Assembly: GCA_037439425.1 (NCBI GenBank)
Contig: JBBIWA010000009.1
Coordinates: forward strand, 30,822-94,821
DNA length: 64,000 nt
Reading direction: 5' to 3'
From: Acidobacteriota bacterium
Lineage (GTDB): Bacteria > Acidobacteriota > Blastocatellia > RBC074
Within the stretch, counting starts at the first letter, position 1, and each line of letters starts with the position of its first letter. Of the stretch, positions 18,047 through 27,052 are shown one piece after another. A program made the translations under genes and the position numbers. The notes beneath the pieces are model-generated. The model had not been told where the DNA came from and made no database searches. It saw nothing but the letters and a program-made list of their open reading frames with translations.

Positions 18047-19117
18047 CTATTCTGCCGCGCGCGCTATCTCCAGAAACTCTTGCAGCTCGGCAGGCAGCGG
18101 CGCGGTGAAGCTTAGGCTTTCGCCGCTGGTTGGATGGGTGAAGGCGAGCTGAGCTGCGTGCAAGAAGGGGCGGCCAAGCCTCGTTATGCTAGCGCGCAAT
18201 CGCGAGTTTTTGATCGCGTTGGCGCGACCACAATCATAGGTCGAATCGCCAACGACCGGATGTTTGATATAAGCCAGATGGACGCGAATCTGGTGCGTGC
18301 GCCCGGTCTTGGGCTCAAGCTCCAGCAGAGTGAACTCTCTTAGTCGCTCCCTCACCCGATAAAGCGTCAGCGCCGGACGCCCTTGCCCCGCGCTTCTGAC
18401 AGCCATCTTCACGCGACTGCGTGGATGGCGGCCAATCGGCGCCTCAATACGGCCTTCACTAGCAGTTACTCTCCCATAGACCAGCGCCACATAGCCTTTG
18501 AAGACCTGCCGCATCTCGAACTGTTCAGCCAGATTGAGATGAGCGCGGTCACTCTTGGCCACGACGATCAAACCTGAAGTCCCGGCATCGAGCCGATGCA
18601 CAATCCCAGGCCGCACTGCGCTGCAGCTTTGTGAAAGCTGGCCGAAGTGATAGACGAGCGCATTGGCCAGTGTGCCTGAGTTTACGCCCGCTCCGGGATG
18701 GACCACCATTCCCGCCGGTTTGTCGATCACAATGAGCTCATCATCTTCGTAGACGATCTCGAGCGGAATCGGTTCGGGCGCTGCTTCAAGCGGTGCGGCT
18801 TCCGGCAGCTCAAGCTGAACGCAATCGCCTGCGCGCACCTTGTAGCTGGCTTTAACCATGCGATCGTTGACCAGGATGTCACCGCTTGCTATCGCCCGTT
18901 GAATGCGAGCGCGGCTCGTGCCGGTCAGGATTGCTGCAAGGAATGAATCAAGCCTGGTTCCGGCAGCTTCGGCGGGAACACTTCTAGAAGGGGAGAGCGG
19001 AAGAGCGGGAGAGTGGGAGACCAACTTCTCCCCCACTTCTGTACCATCAGGAACTTCTTCGGTTCTCCTGGTCTCCGGTTCTCCCGCTCCGGAAGTTGAG
19101 CTGCTCGGCCCTCCCAT
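18047..19117 (-). CDS. RluA-family 23S rRNA pseudouridine synthase (RluD/RluC-type, S4 domain plus catalytic domain)
   Basis: S4-like RLDSFLAAILTGTSRARIQRAIASGDILVNDRMVKASYKVRAGD, then VVHPGAG...RPGIVHRLDAGTSGLIVVAKSD (catalytic Asp motif). A 45-aa low-complexity N-terminal extension makes the true start uncertain. Confidence 0.85.
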   Translation of the reverse strand: MGGPSSSTSGAGEPETRRTEEVPDGTEVGEKLVSHSPALPLSPSRSVPAEAAGTRLDSFLAAILTGTSRARIQRAIASGDILVNDRMVKASYKVRAGDCVQLELPEAAPLEAAPEPIPLEIVYEDDELIVIDKPAGMVVHPGAGVNSGTLANALVYHFGQLSQSCSAVRPGIVHRLDAGTSGLIVVAKSDRAHLNLAEQFEMRQVFKGYVALVYGRVTASEGRIEAPIGRHPRSRVKMAVRSAGQGRPALTLYRVRERLREFTLLELEPKTGRTHQIRVHLAYIKHPVVGDSTYDCGRANAIKNSRLRASITRLGRPFLHAAQLAFTHPTSGESLSFTAPLPAELQEFLEIARAAE

Positions 19118-19140
19118 CTCGACGGTCTCCCCTTTATGGC

Positions 19141-20814
19141 TCAGTCAATGTATAGCTCCTTCGGGTAGCGTTCAACCGGCGTGCTCGTCTTGCGCGCCAG
19201 CGCGAAGATGTTATCGCCGCGCAGTTCGGTAGAAAGCTGCACCTGCTTGAGCAATTCCAGAATCGCCGGGTTGGAGCGCGCCCACACATCCTCGGTCTCC
19301 AGCTCGACCACGGTGAAGCCTGCGGCAGCGAGCGCCACGCCGACTTCATAAGGTGCATACTCGCGGTTATGCTGATCGGCGACCTCGCGGCGATTGTATT
19401 GCGAAAGCAGATAAGGGGTGCAGCCAACGAGCAATCCTTCGATCGCGCGCGCGCTGGCAATATTGGGAGTCGTCAGCAGCAGGTAACCGTCCGGCAACAA
19501 GACGCGATTGCATTCCCAGAGCATATGCATCGGATCGCTGCGCAGATGCTCAATCAACTCGCAGCAGAGCACCGTGCGGAAGTAGTTATCGGGATAAGGA
19601 AAAGGGTCCTTCTCCACATTGAAATTGCGCAGCTCGAAAGTGTAGCAGTCCGGGCCGTCCTTCTGCCGTAGCATTTCGTGAGTAACCTTCTCCGCCGAGT
19701 CCCACATATCGGCGCAGCAAACCTCACCGTAGCCGCAATACTTCTTGATAGCAGGCGTGAGATGGAGCAAGCTGCCGAGTTCGAGCAAGCGATCAGAGGT
19801 GCGCTGCGCGGGCGGGATGCGCTGCAGTGTAGCAACGAAGCGCCGCAAATGATCCTTCACATAAGCCAGCTCTTTCGGATCGTGGATGAAGCTCAGAATA
19901 TAATCAACCGTCTCTTGTTCATCTGGGGTGAAGTCATTGATGCCTTCATGAGCTACCTTCTTCCAGGCGAGGATCTGGTGATAGAGGGAGGCCTCGCCCG
20001 GAGCGAGTTTGAGCGGCCGGCTCGCGGCGCTTTCGGCCAGCTTGCGGAAAGATTGCAGCTGCGCGTGAGGCTCAGGGGCGAGGGCAGCGGCGGCCGCCCC
20101 TGAGCCTGCAGCGATCACGGCCGAGAGGGTGAGCGGTTGAGAGTCGGTCTCGGTTTGCGAGCTGGGCGAAAGCGCAGCGCTTTCACTCGTTGCCGGAGTA
20201 GCGGATAAGGACTGGCGCAGCGCGTGCAACTGGCGGCGCAATTGGTCCAGGCGCTGCTCGAAGATTTGTAGCATGAGGTCAGTGCGATCTACGATGTCTT
20301 GTGAGGTCTGATGGATCTGGGCATCCACCCTACGCTCGTGCGCCTCCAGGCGCGCATCAGTGCGCTGTTCCAGGGCAGTATAGCGTTCGTCAATGCGGCG
20401 CTCCATATGCGCGAGCCGATCATCCAGGCGCAGATCCAGCGCGCGGGCGCGCGCGTCAAAGCGCTTATCGAGCGACTTGGCTCCTTTGGCGAATTGAAAA
20501 TCGAGATGGGCTTCAGCCGCTGCCAGGCGCTCATCAATCCGCTGCTCGATGGCCGTGAAGCGCTGCTGCAGTCTAGCATCCACCGCCGCTTCATAAGAGT
20601 CGGCGCGCTTGGAGAAGTTCTCTTCAATGGCGGCAAAGCGCGCTTCGAGGCGAGCGTCAACCTCTCTTTCGTAGGCATCAGCGCGGGCGCCAACGCGCTG
20701 TTCAGTAGCAGCCAAGCGCTCATCAATACGCGCATCCTGAGCCTGCAGCAGGCCTCTTAAATCGCGCGTTAAGATCAAGCGCAGATTGCGGGCGATAGTT
20801 TTGATTCGCTTCAT
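19141..20814 (-). CDS. Two-part protein: N-terminal ~260-aa coiled-coil of 11-residue apolipoprotein-like repeats, fused to a C-terminal class I SAM-dependent methyltransferase domain
   Basis: Repeats of the type DARIDERLAATEQRVGARADAYEREVDARLEARFAAIEENF...RLDDRLAHMERRIDERYTALEQRTDARLEAHERRVD. The C-terminus has LELGSLLHLT (motif I-like), VLLPDGYLLLTTPN and ELIEHL. Confidence 0.75.
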   Translation of the reverse strand: MKRIKTIARNLRLILTRDLRGLLQAQDARIDERLAATEQRVGARADAYEREVDARLEARFAAIEENFSKRADSYEAAVDARLQQRFTAIEQRIDERLAAAEAHLDFQFAKGAKSLDKRFDARARALDLRLDDRLAHMERRIDERYTALEQRTDARLEAHERRVDAQIHQTSQDIVDRTDLMLQIFEQRLDQLRRQLHALRQSLSATPATSESAALSPSSQTETDSQPLTLSAVIAAGSGAAAAALAPEPHAQLQSFRKLAESAASRPLKLAPGEASLYHQILAWKKVAHEGINDFTPDEQETVDYILSFIHDPKELAYVKDHLRRFVATLQRIPPAQRTSDRLLELGSLLHLTPAIKKYCGYGEVCCADMWDSAEKVTHEMLRQKDGPDCYTFELRNFNVEKDPFPYPDNYFRTVLCCELIEHLRSDPMHMLWECNRVLLPDGYLLLTTPNIASARAIEGLLVGCTPYLLSQYNRREVADQHNREYAPYEVGVALAAAGFTVVELETEDVWARSNPAILELLKQVQLSTELRGDNIFALARKTSTPVERYPKELYID

Positions 20815-20869
20815 GGCTTCATATCCTAACGCAGCTTCAACTTCATCCCTTCCGCGATCACCTACGACA

Positions 20870-21997
20870 CTACTTTCTCCCTCCTCTCAGGACCTCATCA
20901 TACAAAGCCTGAGTCTCATTAGCCGTCCGCTCCCATGAAAATCGCGCCGCTTGTGCCAGCCCAGCACGGCTCAGGTACTGGCGCTCGGCTGGATCTTCAA
21001 GCAGCCTCGCCAGCGTTTGCGCCAGCGCGCGCCAATCTCGCGGCGGCAATTTGATCCCGGCCTCGCCGACGACTTCGGGCAAACTGGCAGCGTTGCTGGT
21101 GACGACCGGGGTTCCGCAGGCCATCGCTTCGAGTGGGGGCAGGCCGAAACCTTCGTAAAGCGAAGGATAGATGAACAGTTCGGCTGCGGAATAGAGAGCT
21201 GGCAGAGCAGTATCATCTACATAATCGGTGAAGCGCGTCATCTCTTGCAGATCTAATTGCTCCACTAGCTTGAAGACCTCATCAAAGAGCCAGCCGCGCC
21301 CACCGCAAAGCACTAGCTGTGGGCGTTGCCGCGTCGTTCGCAGCAGCTCGTCGTAGGCGCGGATCAGCGTGGTCAGATTCTTGCGCGGCTCAATCGTCCC
21401 AACATAAAGCAGGTAGGGGCGGCGCAGATGGAATCTTTCGAGCACCGGGCGAAATTCCGCCTCCGTAAGTGGGCGCATGTTTTCGCGCGCCGCTTCAGGA
21501 ATCACACGAATGCGCTCAGCGCGAATGCCCAGGCGCGCCACAATCTCGCGGCGCGTCCACTGGCTGGGAGCGATAATCATTGTCGCACGCCGCGCCATAA
21601 TCGGCAATCGACGCCGCCCGCGCTCGACATTGGCCTGCTCGTGCGTCTCCGATAGTGCCAGCAGCGAAAGGTCGTGAATGGTCACTACTGTCGGGCACGG
21701 CGCCCACAGCGGGATACAGTAATTTGTCCCGTGGAAGACATCCACCGGTGAAATCTGCAACAAAGAAGGCAAACCCACCAGCCACCACCTGCGAAAGACC
21801 GAGCGCACAGGGGTGAAGCGCTTATTCAAATTGACCGGCGTGCTGCCATTGCGCACAAAGACAAAATCGAACGGCGAAAATAACTCATACTCATGATCGG
21901 GATGCGTTCGTGCTAGCCAGCGGGCAAGCGCATCCGTATAATGACCGATGCCGGTTTTCGCGGCAACCAGAGGAATGGCATCAAGTGCAACACGCAT
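20870..21997 (-). CDS. Glycosyltransferase family 4 (GT-B, group 1)
   Basis: [28 protein letters not shown] is a canonical GT4 N-terminus. [33 protein letters not shown] is the C-terminal motif. Start trimmed from 22366 to 21997 to fit the domain and avoid a 330-nt overlap with the divergent gene. Confidence 0.8.
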   Translation of the reverse strand: MRVALDAIPLVAAKTGIGHYTDALARWLARTHPDHEYELFSPFDFVFVRNGSTPVNLNKRFTPVRSVFRRWWLVGLPSLLQISPVDVFHGTNYCIPLWAPCPTVVTIHDLSLLALSETHEQANVERGRRRLPIMARRATMIIAPSQWTRREIVARLGIRAERIRVIPEAARENMRPLTEAEFRPVLERFHLRRPYLLYVGTIEPRKNLTTLIRAYDELLRTTRQRPQLVLCGGRGWLFDEVFKLVEQLDLQEMTRFTDYVDDTALPALYSAAELFIYPSLYEGFGLPPLEAMACGTPVVTSNAASLPEVVGEAGIKLPPRDWRALAQTLARLLEDPAERQYLSRAGLAQAARFSWERTANETQALYDEVLRGGRK

Positions 21998-22033
21998 AGC
22001 GAAGAGATACCATGCGGTAAACGAAAATATCAA

Positions 22034-23065
22034 ATGAGTGACAGCAGGCTGCGCGACAAGATAGCTCAGGTGGCAGCCGAGCAGCGGCAGGAGCTGGAAG
22101 CAAGCGGCTGGTGGCACAGCATTGACCTCGGCAGTGGACGCATTACCCCGGGCGCGCACAAGCTGGAGGAATTGCGCGACAACTACGCCTGCTTCCGGTT
22201 GCCTGATGACCTGAGAGGCAAACGAGTGCTCGATATCGGCTGCTGGGATGGCTTTTATTCTTTTGAGGCCGAGCGGCACGGCGCTCAAGTCGTGGCGATT
22301 GATGTCCAGCCATCGGAGAAATTCCCTATTGCTCATCGCGCCCTGGGCTCGCGCGTTCAGTTCCACGAAATGAGCGTTTACGAGCTGAGCCGCGATCGTC
22401 TCGGTTCATTCGACATTGTGCTCTTCCTCGGTGTGCTTTATCACCTGCGCCATCCGCTGCTGGCGCTTGAACGCGTCTGTGAAGTGACGCGCGAGGTAGC
22501 AGTGATTGAGACTCATGCTATTGACAATCTCTTTGACACCTCGCATCCGGTGATGGAGTTTTACGAACTGGATGAGCTGGGGGGACAGTACGATAACTGG
22601 TGGGGACCAAACAGCCAATGCCTGCTCCGCATGGCGCGCGCCGCTGGCTTTGCGCGCGTTGAAGTGCTGCGGCGCCAAGCCACGCGCGTGGTGGTCAAAG
22701 CCTATCGCCATTGGGAGGAAAGAGAACTCGAGGCCGCCCCCTCGCTGCGCATCCGCGAGGTGCTCAATGCCATCACCCTTGAGCATCGCTTCCCGCGTCG
22801 TGGCCGCCACGCTTTCCTGGCGCTTCTGGTTGAAGGCTTGCCTGAGGGCGTAACGCGAGAACGGCTACGCGTTGAAGTAGGCGGCTTCGGCATCAATCCG
22901 ATCTATGTTGGCCCTTCAGGCAACCCGGCACACGCGGGCCTGGTGCAAATCAATACGCCAGTGCCGCCGGGATTGGAAGCTGGGGCTGCGAGTGTGCGGG
23001 TGATATACGAAACCAGTCACTCGCACCGATTCGAGATCAGCTTGGTTGAAGGCAGTGAATGGTGA
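22034..23065 (+). CDS. Class I SAM-dependent methyltransferase (TIGR04290-like family) with ~130-aa C-terminal extension
   Basis: [28 protein letters not shown] (motif I) and [35 protein letters not shown]. Start trimmed to ATG 22034 (MSDSRL...) to remove the overlap with the GT4 gene. Confidence 0.8.
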   Translation: MSDSRLRDKIAQVAAEQRQELEASGWWHSIDLGSGRITPGAHKLEELRDNYACFRLPDDLRGKRVLDIGCWDGFYSFEAERHGAQVVAIDVQPSEKFPIAHRALGSRVQFHEMSVYELSRDRLGSFDIVLFLGVLYHLRHPLLALERVCEVTREVAVIETHAIDNLFDTSHPVMEFYELDELGGQYDNWWGPNSQCLLRMARAAGFARVEVLRRQATRVVVKAYRHWEERELEAAPSLRIREVLNAITLEHRFPRRGRHAFLALLVEGLPEGVTRERLRVEVGGFGINPIYVGPSGNPAHAGLVQINTPVPPGLEAGAASVRVIYETSHSHRFEISLVEGSEW

Positions 23066-23223
23066 TGACCAAAGAAGCCTAAATCCCCGGTTAAGGACGC
23101 GAATCGGACATTTTCCGCAGAGGTAGTTTATGTCGTCACGGACGACGCGAGAGAAATACTGAAGACCCGGAAGCGCAGGCTTGCGAGCGTGCAGGATTTT
23201 CAGTCGAGTTAAGTCGGCACCTG

Positions 23224-24726
23224 CTAGCCGACCAGGAACTTCAACGTAGTCTCGCCCAATCTAACCTCATCACCGTTGACTAGTACATGAGGTTCCTTAG
23301 GTTTGAGACGGAGCTGACCGTTGATAAATGTACCATTGGCGCTGCCCAGGTCTTCGATGAAGAATTGGTCTCCCAGTGCCATGATTTTGGCATGGCGACG
23401 CGAGACGCGGGCGGCCGGGTCGTACTTTGACAGATCTACTTCCGGGTGAATCCCACGATTGGGATCCAGTCGCCCGATCAGATTTTCACCTTCGGGATTG
23501 AGCATAAACTGGGCTGACATCTCTTGTGTGCCCAAGACAACCAGCTTGGCCGTGATCCGTTGAGTGCCCGGCTGGCGCTGTCCGCAAAAGGCGCAAAAGA
23601 TATCCCCTGGCGCTAGCTCCTGACTACAGTTGAAACAGGACCTGGGCCCTGTCTCCCCCACAGGCGGAAGGCCAATGCTCGTCTCCCGGCCCACAGCTTC
23701 GCCGCGCCCACCAGCCTTCAGCTCAGCTAGATGCTCTTCAAGCTCTTGACCGAAGGCGCGCGCTGAAGGGAAGCGGTTTTCTGCTTTGTATTCGACCGCA
23801 CGACAGATCATCTGCTCCATCCGCGGGGTGATCTGCGGATTGATCTGGCGCGGTTTCGGATTCTTGGTAAAGTCGAAGATCAACAGCGGATTGTCCTGCG
23901 GATCGCGGCCCGTCAGCAGGTGAAACATAGTGGCTCCGAGGCTATAGATGTCCGAGCGCGGTTCGACACTGCCGGCAAACAGCTCTGGCGGCGCATACCC
24001 CATCGTGCCAATGGCAGTCACTCCTTTTTGGGTCGGCGCGACAAAGCGCGCGATGCCGAAATCCACAAGCATAATGCGCTGGGTACGCGAATCTATCATG
24101 AGGTTGGCCGGTTTCAGATCGCGATAGATGATCGGCGGCGTCTGCGAGTGAATATAATCGAGCACATCGCAGATCTGAATCGCCCACTGTGTGACCAGCA
24201 ACTCGTCCACCTTGCCCCCGAGGGCGCGCTGGCGCGCAGCCAGATCGCCGCCATCAATGAACTTCATCACCAGGTAGTAGCGGCCCCGCGTCGGGTCGAA
24301 GAAATAGTCATAGATGGTGGGAATGGAGGGATGTTCGAGCCGGGCCAGCAGCTCCGACTCGCGCTTGAAGTCCTCGATGGCTTTGGCGCGCGCTGCTTCA
24401 TCGGCAAACATCTCGATCATCTCTTTGACCGCGACCTTGCGGTTGGCCAGATTCTGGTCCTCAGCCTGATAGACTGAACCCATCCCGCCGCCGCCGATGC
24501 GCTTGATGATCTTGTAACGGTCAGCAAGCAAAGTGCCGGTTGTGAGTTGAAGCCCTGTTGGAGAATTGCCGGATCCAGCCATACTGATATGAGAAGTTCT
24601 CGGCGGCGAGGCCGGTTGACTAGGTTGAGTGATTGGCAGCTCCTGCCACGCACCGCACTCCCCACAGTACGGGTCACCAGCGGTGGTGGGCGATCCGCAT
24701 TCGGGACAAAATGGCATAGCAGACAA
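23224..24726 (-). CDS. Ser/Thr protein kinase with N-terminal zinc ribbon, an internal zinc ribbon and a C-terminal FHA domain
   Basis: CPECGSPTTAGDPYCGECG, then a Hanks kinase domain (YRDLKPANLMID, DFGIAR, GTMGYAPPE), then CFNCSQELAPGDIFCAFCG, then the FHA core RVSRRHAKIMALGDQFFIEDLGSANGTFINGQ. Confidence 0.85.
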   Translation of the reverse strand: MSAMPFCPECGSPTTAGDPYCGECGAWQELPITQPSQPASPPRTSHISMAGSGNSPTGLQLTTGTLLADRYKIIKRIGGGGMGSVYQAEDQNLANRKVAVKEMIEMFADEAARAKAIEDFKRESELLARLEHPSIPTIYDYFFDPTRGRYYLVMKFIDGGDLAARQRALGGKVDELLVTQWAIQICDVLDYIHSQTPPIIYRDLKPANLMIDSRTQRIMLVDFGIARFVAPTQKGVTAIGTMGYAPPELFAGSVEPRSDIYSLGATMFHLLTGRDPQDNPLLIFDFTKNPKPRQINPQITPRMEQMICRAVEYKAENRFPSARAFGQELEEHLAELKAGGRGEAVGRETSIGLPPVGETGPRSCFNCSQELAPGDIFCAFCGQRQPGTQRITAKLVVLGTQEMSAQFMLNPEGENLIGRLDPNRGIHPEVDLSKYDPAARVSRRHAKIMALGDQFFIEDLGSANGTFINGQLRLKPKEPHVLVNGDEVRLGETTLKFLVG

Positions 24727-24794
24727 CTAGGGTCGAGTGATCTGCTGCAGCCGGTATGCACTTACCCACTCAAAGCCCTGGCTTTGACCGAAAG

Positions 24795-25448
24795 TCAATT
24801 GACAATAAACTTCAGAAACGTCTTGCCGACGATGATTTCGTCGCCGTGATTGAGTGGGTGCTTATTACCGGGCAACAGGCGTCGCCCGCGATTGATGAAA
24901 GTACCGTTAGTGCTGCCCAGATCTTCAATCAGATACTGATTGTTCTGATAAATGATGCGGGCATGCCGGCGCGACACCTTGGCTTCAGTATCATCCTGAT
25001 CCAGGTCGACATCGGGAAAGATCCCGCCATCAGCATCCCAGCGCCCGATCATCGACTCAGGGCCGACAAGCGGAAACTCTTTCCCCACCCGGCCACCGCG
25101 CTGGATCACCAGCTTGGCATGGGCTGCTGCGGGCTGCTTTTCACCACCCCCACTGCGCAACGCACTGGTCTGCTGGTGAAAAGCCACCGTCTGGTTATTG
25201 GCCTTGCGACTTGCCTCGCCAGGTGGAGAAGAGACCGCTGGCGGGCGCACTGGCGGGGGCGGCGGAGTGTAAGGTGTCGCCGGTTTGGGCGCCATACTCT
25301 CGTGCGTGAACGTGGGTGGCGGCGGCACGTAATTTGGAGTCCGAGCAGCAGCAACCGGATTCAGTTTGGTTCCGCATTCATCACAGAATTCGGAGCCATC
25401 GAGATTGTCTGTGCCGCAATTATGGCAATGGATCATAAGCTGTTCCAA
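24795..25448 (-). CDS. FHA domain protein with N-terminal zinc ribbon and Pro-rich linker
   Basis: HCHNCGTDNLDGSEFCDECG, a PPPP-rich linker, then VSRRHARIIYQNNQYLIEDLGSTNGTFIN (FHA). Confidence 0.8.
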   Translation of the reverse strand: MEQLMIHCHNCGTDNLDGSEFCDECGTKLNPVAAARTPNYVPPPPTFTHESMAPKPATPYTPPPPPVRPPAVSSPPGEASRKANNQTVAFHQQTSALRSGGGEKQPAAAHAKLVIQRGGRVGKEFPLVGPESMIGRWDADGGIFPDVDLDQDDTEAKVSRRHARIIYQNNQYLIEDLGSTNGTFINRGRRLLPGNKHPLNHGDEIIVGKTFLKFIVN

Positions 25449-25896
25449 GCCTCCGCTTGAGTCTAACTTTGAGGCTGACCTTCAGCTCGCAGCCGCCAGG
25501 CAGGTTGGCCCCAGGTTGGGATTGTGCAATCAGACCTCCTGATCTGGCTGCTAATGGCTCAAGGTTTCGCCATGGTCTTACTCCTCTCCGAGAAAAGCCC
25601 GTCTGCCTTGGTCTGCCACTTAAGCTGACTGCTTGGGCTGGTGCGGGCTATCGGAGCGATGGCTTATTCTACACCGATTTGCCTGCTTGCGCTAGCTGTG
25701 TTTGCGAGATCGGAAATGAGGCAGCGGGTGATGAAGTCCTCGCCCTCAGAGCCGAAAAGAGCCGGCTTCTCCCCTTCGCTTCCAGCTCTCTTAGCCCTCT
25801 GCTCCTGGCTCCGGGGCAATCACGTTGCACAAGATCGTTTGATTCTGTTACTATCGAGGTGTTTGGCCTGCCGTCTTGGGCAGTGTCAGAGGTTGC

Positions 25897-26511
25897 ATGA
25901 TTGGGCAAACGTTCTCCATCATTCGACTTGGTGCTGCCGCGTTAGTGGCGAGCGCACTACTGCTTGCTCAGACCGATAGTGTGCCCGAGGCGCAGCGAGC
26001 GCGAGAGTTGATCCGGCATTTGGGCGGCGCGGAGCTGGAAAAGGAGCGAGTGCGCATCAAAAGCGTGAGCTCGGGCATTGGCGGAGATGCAATTGTCGAG
26101 GCGCAGCTCTTAATGGCCTTTCGCTTCAAGCGAGACAAAGATGGGTGGCGCGTGGCAGAGATCCGTCTTGGAGATAGGCAATGGGAAGACCTCGAGTTGA
26201 TCACTGAAGCAGTGAAGCGCGAAAAGATCAGACGGACCGTAGCGCTGATTGAACAGCTGGCACGCTCCTTAGAAACTTTTCGCCGCCAGCAAGGCAGATA
26301 TGTTGAAAGCGAAGAGATAGCCGATTTGCTCGACCATCTCTCGCCACGCTACACAGGGCTGCCGCAGCGGTTTGATTTGTGGGGCACGCCGCTCATCTAC
26401 AGAGGGACGGCTTCCGAGTATCGGCTGCTTTCGGCCGGACCGGATCGGAAGTGGCAGACGAAGGATGATCTGGTGCTGGAAAATGGGCAGTGGCGGCAGC
26501 TTCCAAACTAG
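25897..26511 (+). CDS. Hypothetical secreted protein whose C-terminus resembles the GspG (type II secretion pseudopilin) globular domain
   Basis: Signal peptide, then FDLWGTPLIYRGTASEYRLLSAGPDRKWQTKDDLVLENGQWRQL, which resembles the GspG C-terminal DPWGNPY...GADG motif region. There is no prepilin N-terminal motif. Start set at ATG 25897 (AGAGG upstream). Confidence 0.45.
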   Translation: MIGQTFSIIRLGAAALVASALLLAQTDSVPEAQRARELIRHLGGAELEKERVRIKSVSSGIGGDAIVEAQLLMAFRFKRDKDGWRVAEIRLGDRQWEDLELITEAVKREKIRRTVALIEQLARSLETFRRQQGRYVESEEIADLLDHLSPRYTGLPQRFDLWGTPLIYRGTASEYRLLSAGPDRKWQTKDDLVLENGQWRQLPN

Positions 26512-26529
26512 ACCGGGTAAGAAACTGGC

Positions 26530-27042
26530 ATGGAGTATATCTCGAGCGCAGATCAGCATCAGCTCAGCGAGCATTTCCGCAAGATCAAGCTAGTAGTGCT
26601 GGTACTGGCAGCGAGCCTACCTATCTATATCGTGATTGGCTACCTTTTAGCCTCATCACGGCAAAGAATAGAGCCCCTCAGTTGGGGTCGAGGGGTTTAT
26701 CTGGCTGCTATCGTAATCGGGTTGGGCGCGGTAACGGTGAGGCGCTTCCTGCATTGGCGGCTGCGGTCGAGTACAGTAGCCCAGCGAGTGATCGCTGACA
26801 CTCTGAGCCAGCTTGGGATAGTCTCAATCATCGGCGCCGCGCTTGGGGAAGCCATCAGCATCCTGGGCTTGATCGCTTGCTTGCTGACGGGCGATTTCGA
26901 ATACAGCTGGCGACTGGGGGTTATTGGTCTGATGCTGGTTGCTTATAGTTTTCCACGGCGCCGAGAATGGGAACGTATCGTAGTGGCGACCAAAGCCGCA
27001 ACTAGCAGTCAAGGGGTCAGTAGCCCGCCGCCGCGAGTGTGA
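26530..27042 (+). CDS. Hypothetical integral membrane protein
   Basis: ORF with 3-4 predicted TM helices. No recognised domain. Confidence 0.5.
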   Translation: MEYISSADQHQLSEHFRKIKLVVLVLAASLPIYIVIGYLLASSRQRIEPLSWGRGVYLAAIVIGLGAVTVRRFLHWRLRSSTVAQRVIADTLSQLGIVSIIGAALGEAISILGLIACLLTGDFEYSWRLGVIGLMLVAYSFPRRREWERIVVATKAATSSQGVSSPPPRV

Positions 27043-27052
27043 GCTGAAGAAT

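Noticed and set aside
21941-22033. Upstream extension of the methyltransferase ORF (start at 21941) and of the GT4 ORF (start at 22366)
   Set aside because: The extensions would make the two divergent genes overlap by about 425 nt and would add non-domain sequence. Internal starts at 22034 and 21997 coincide with the canonical family N-termini.
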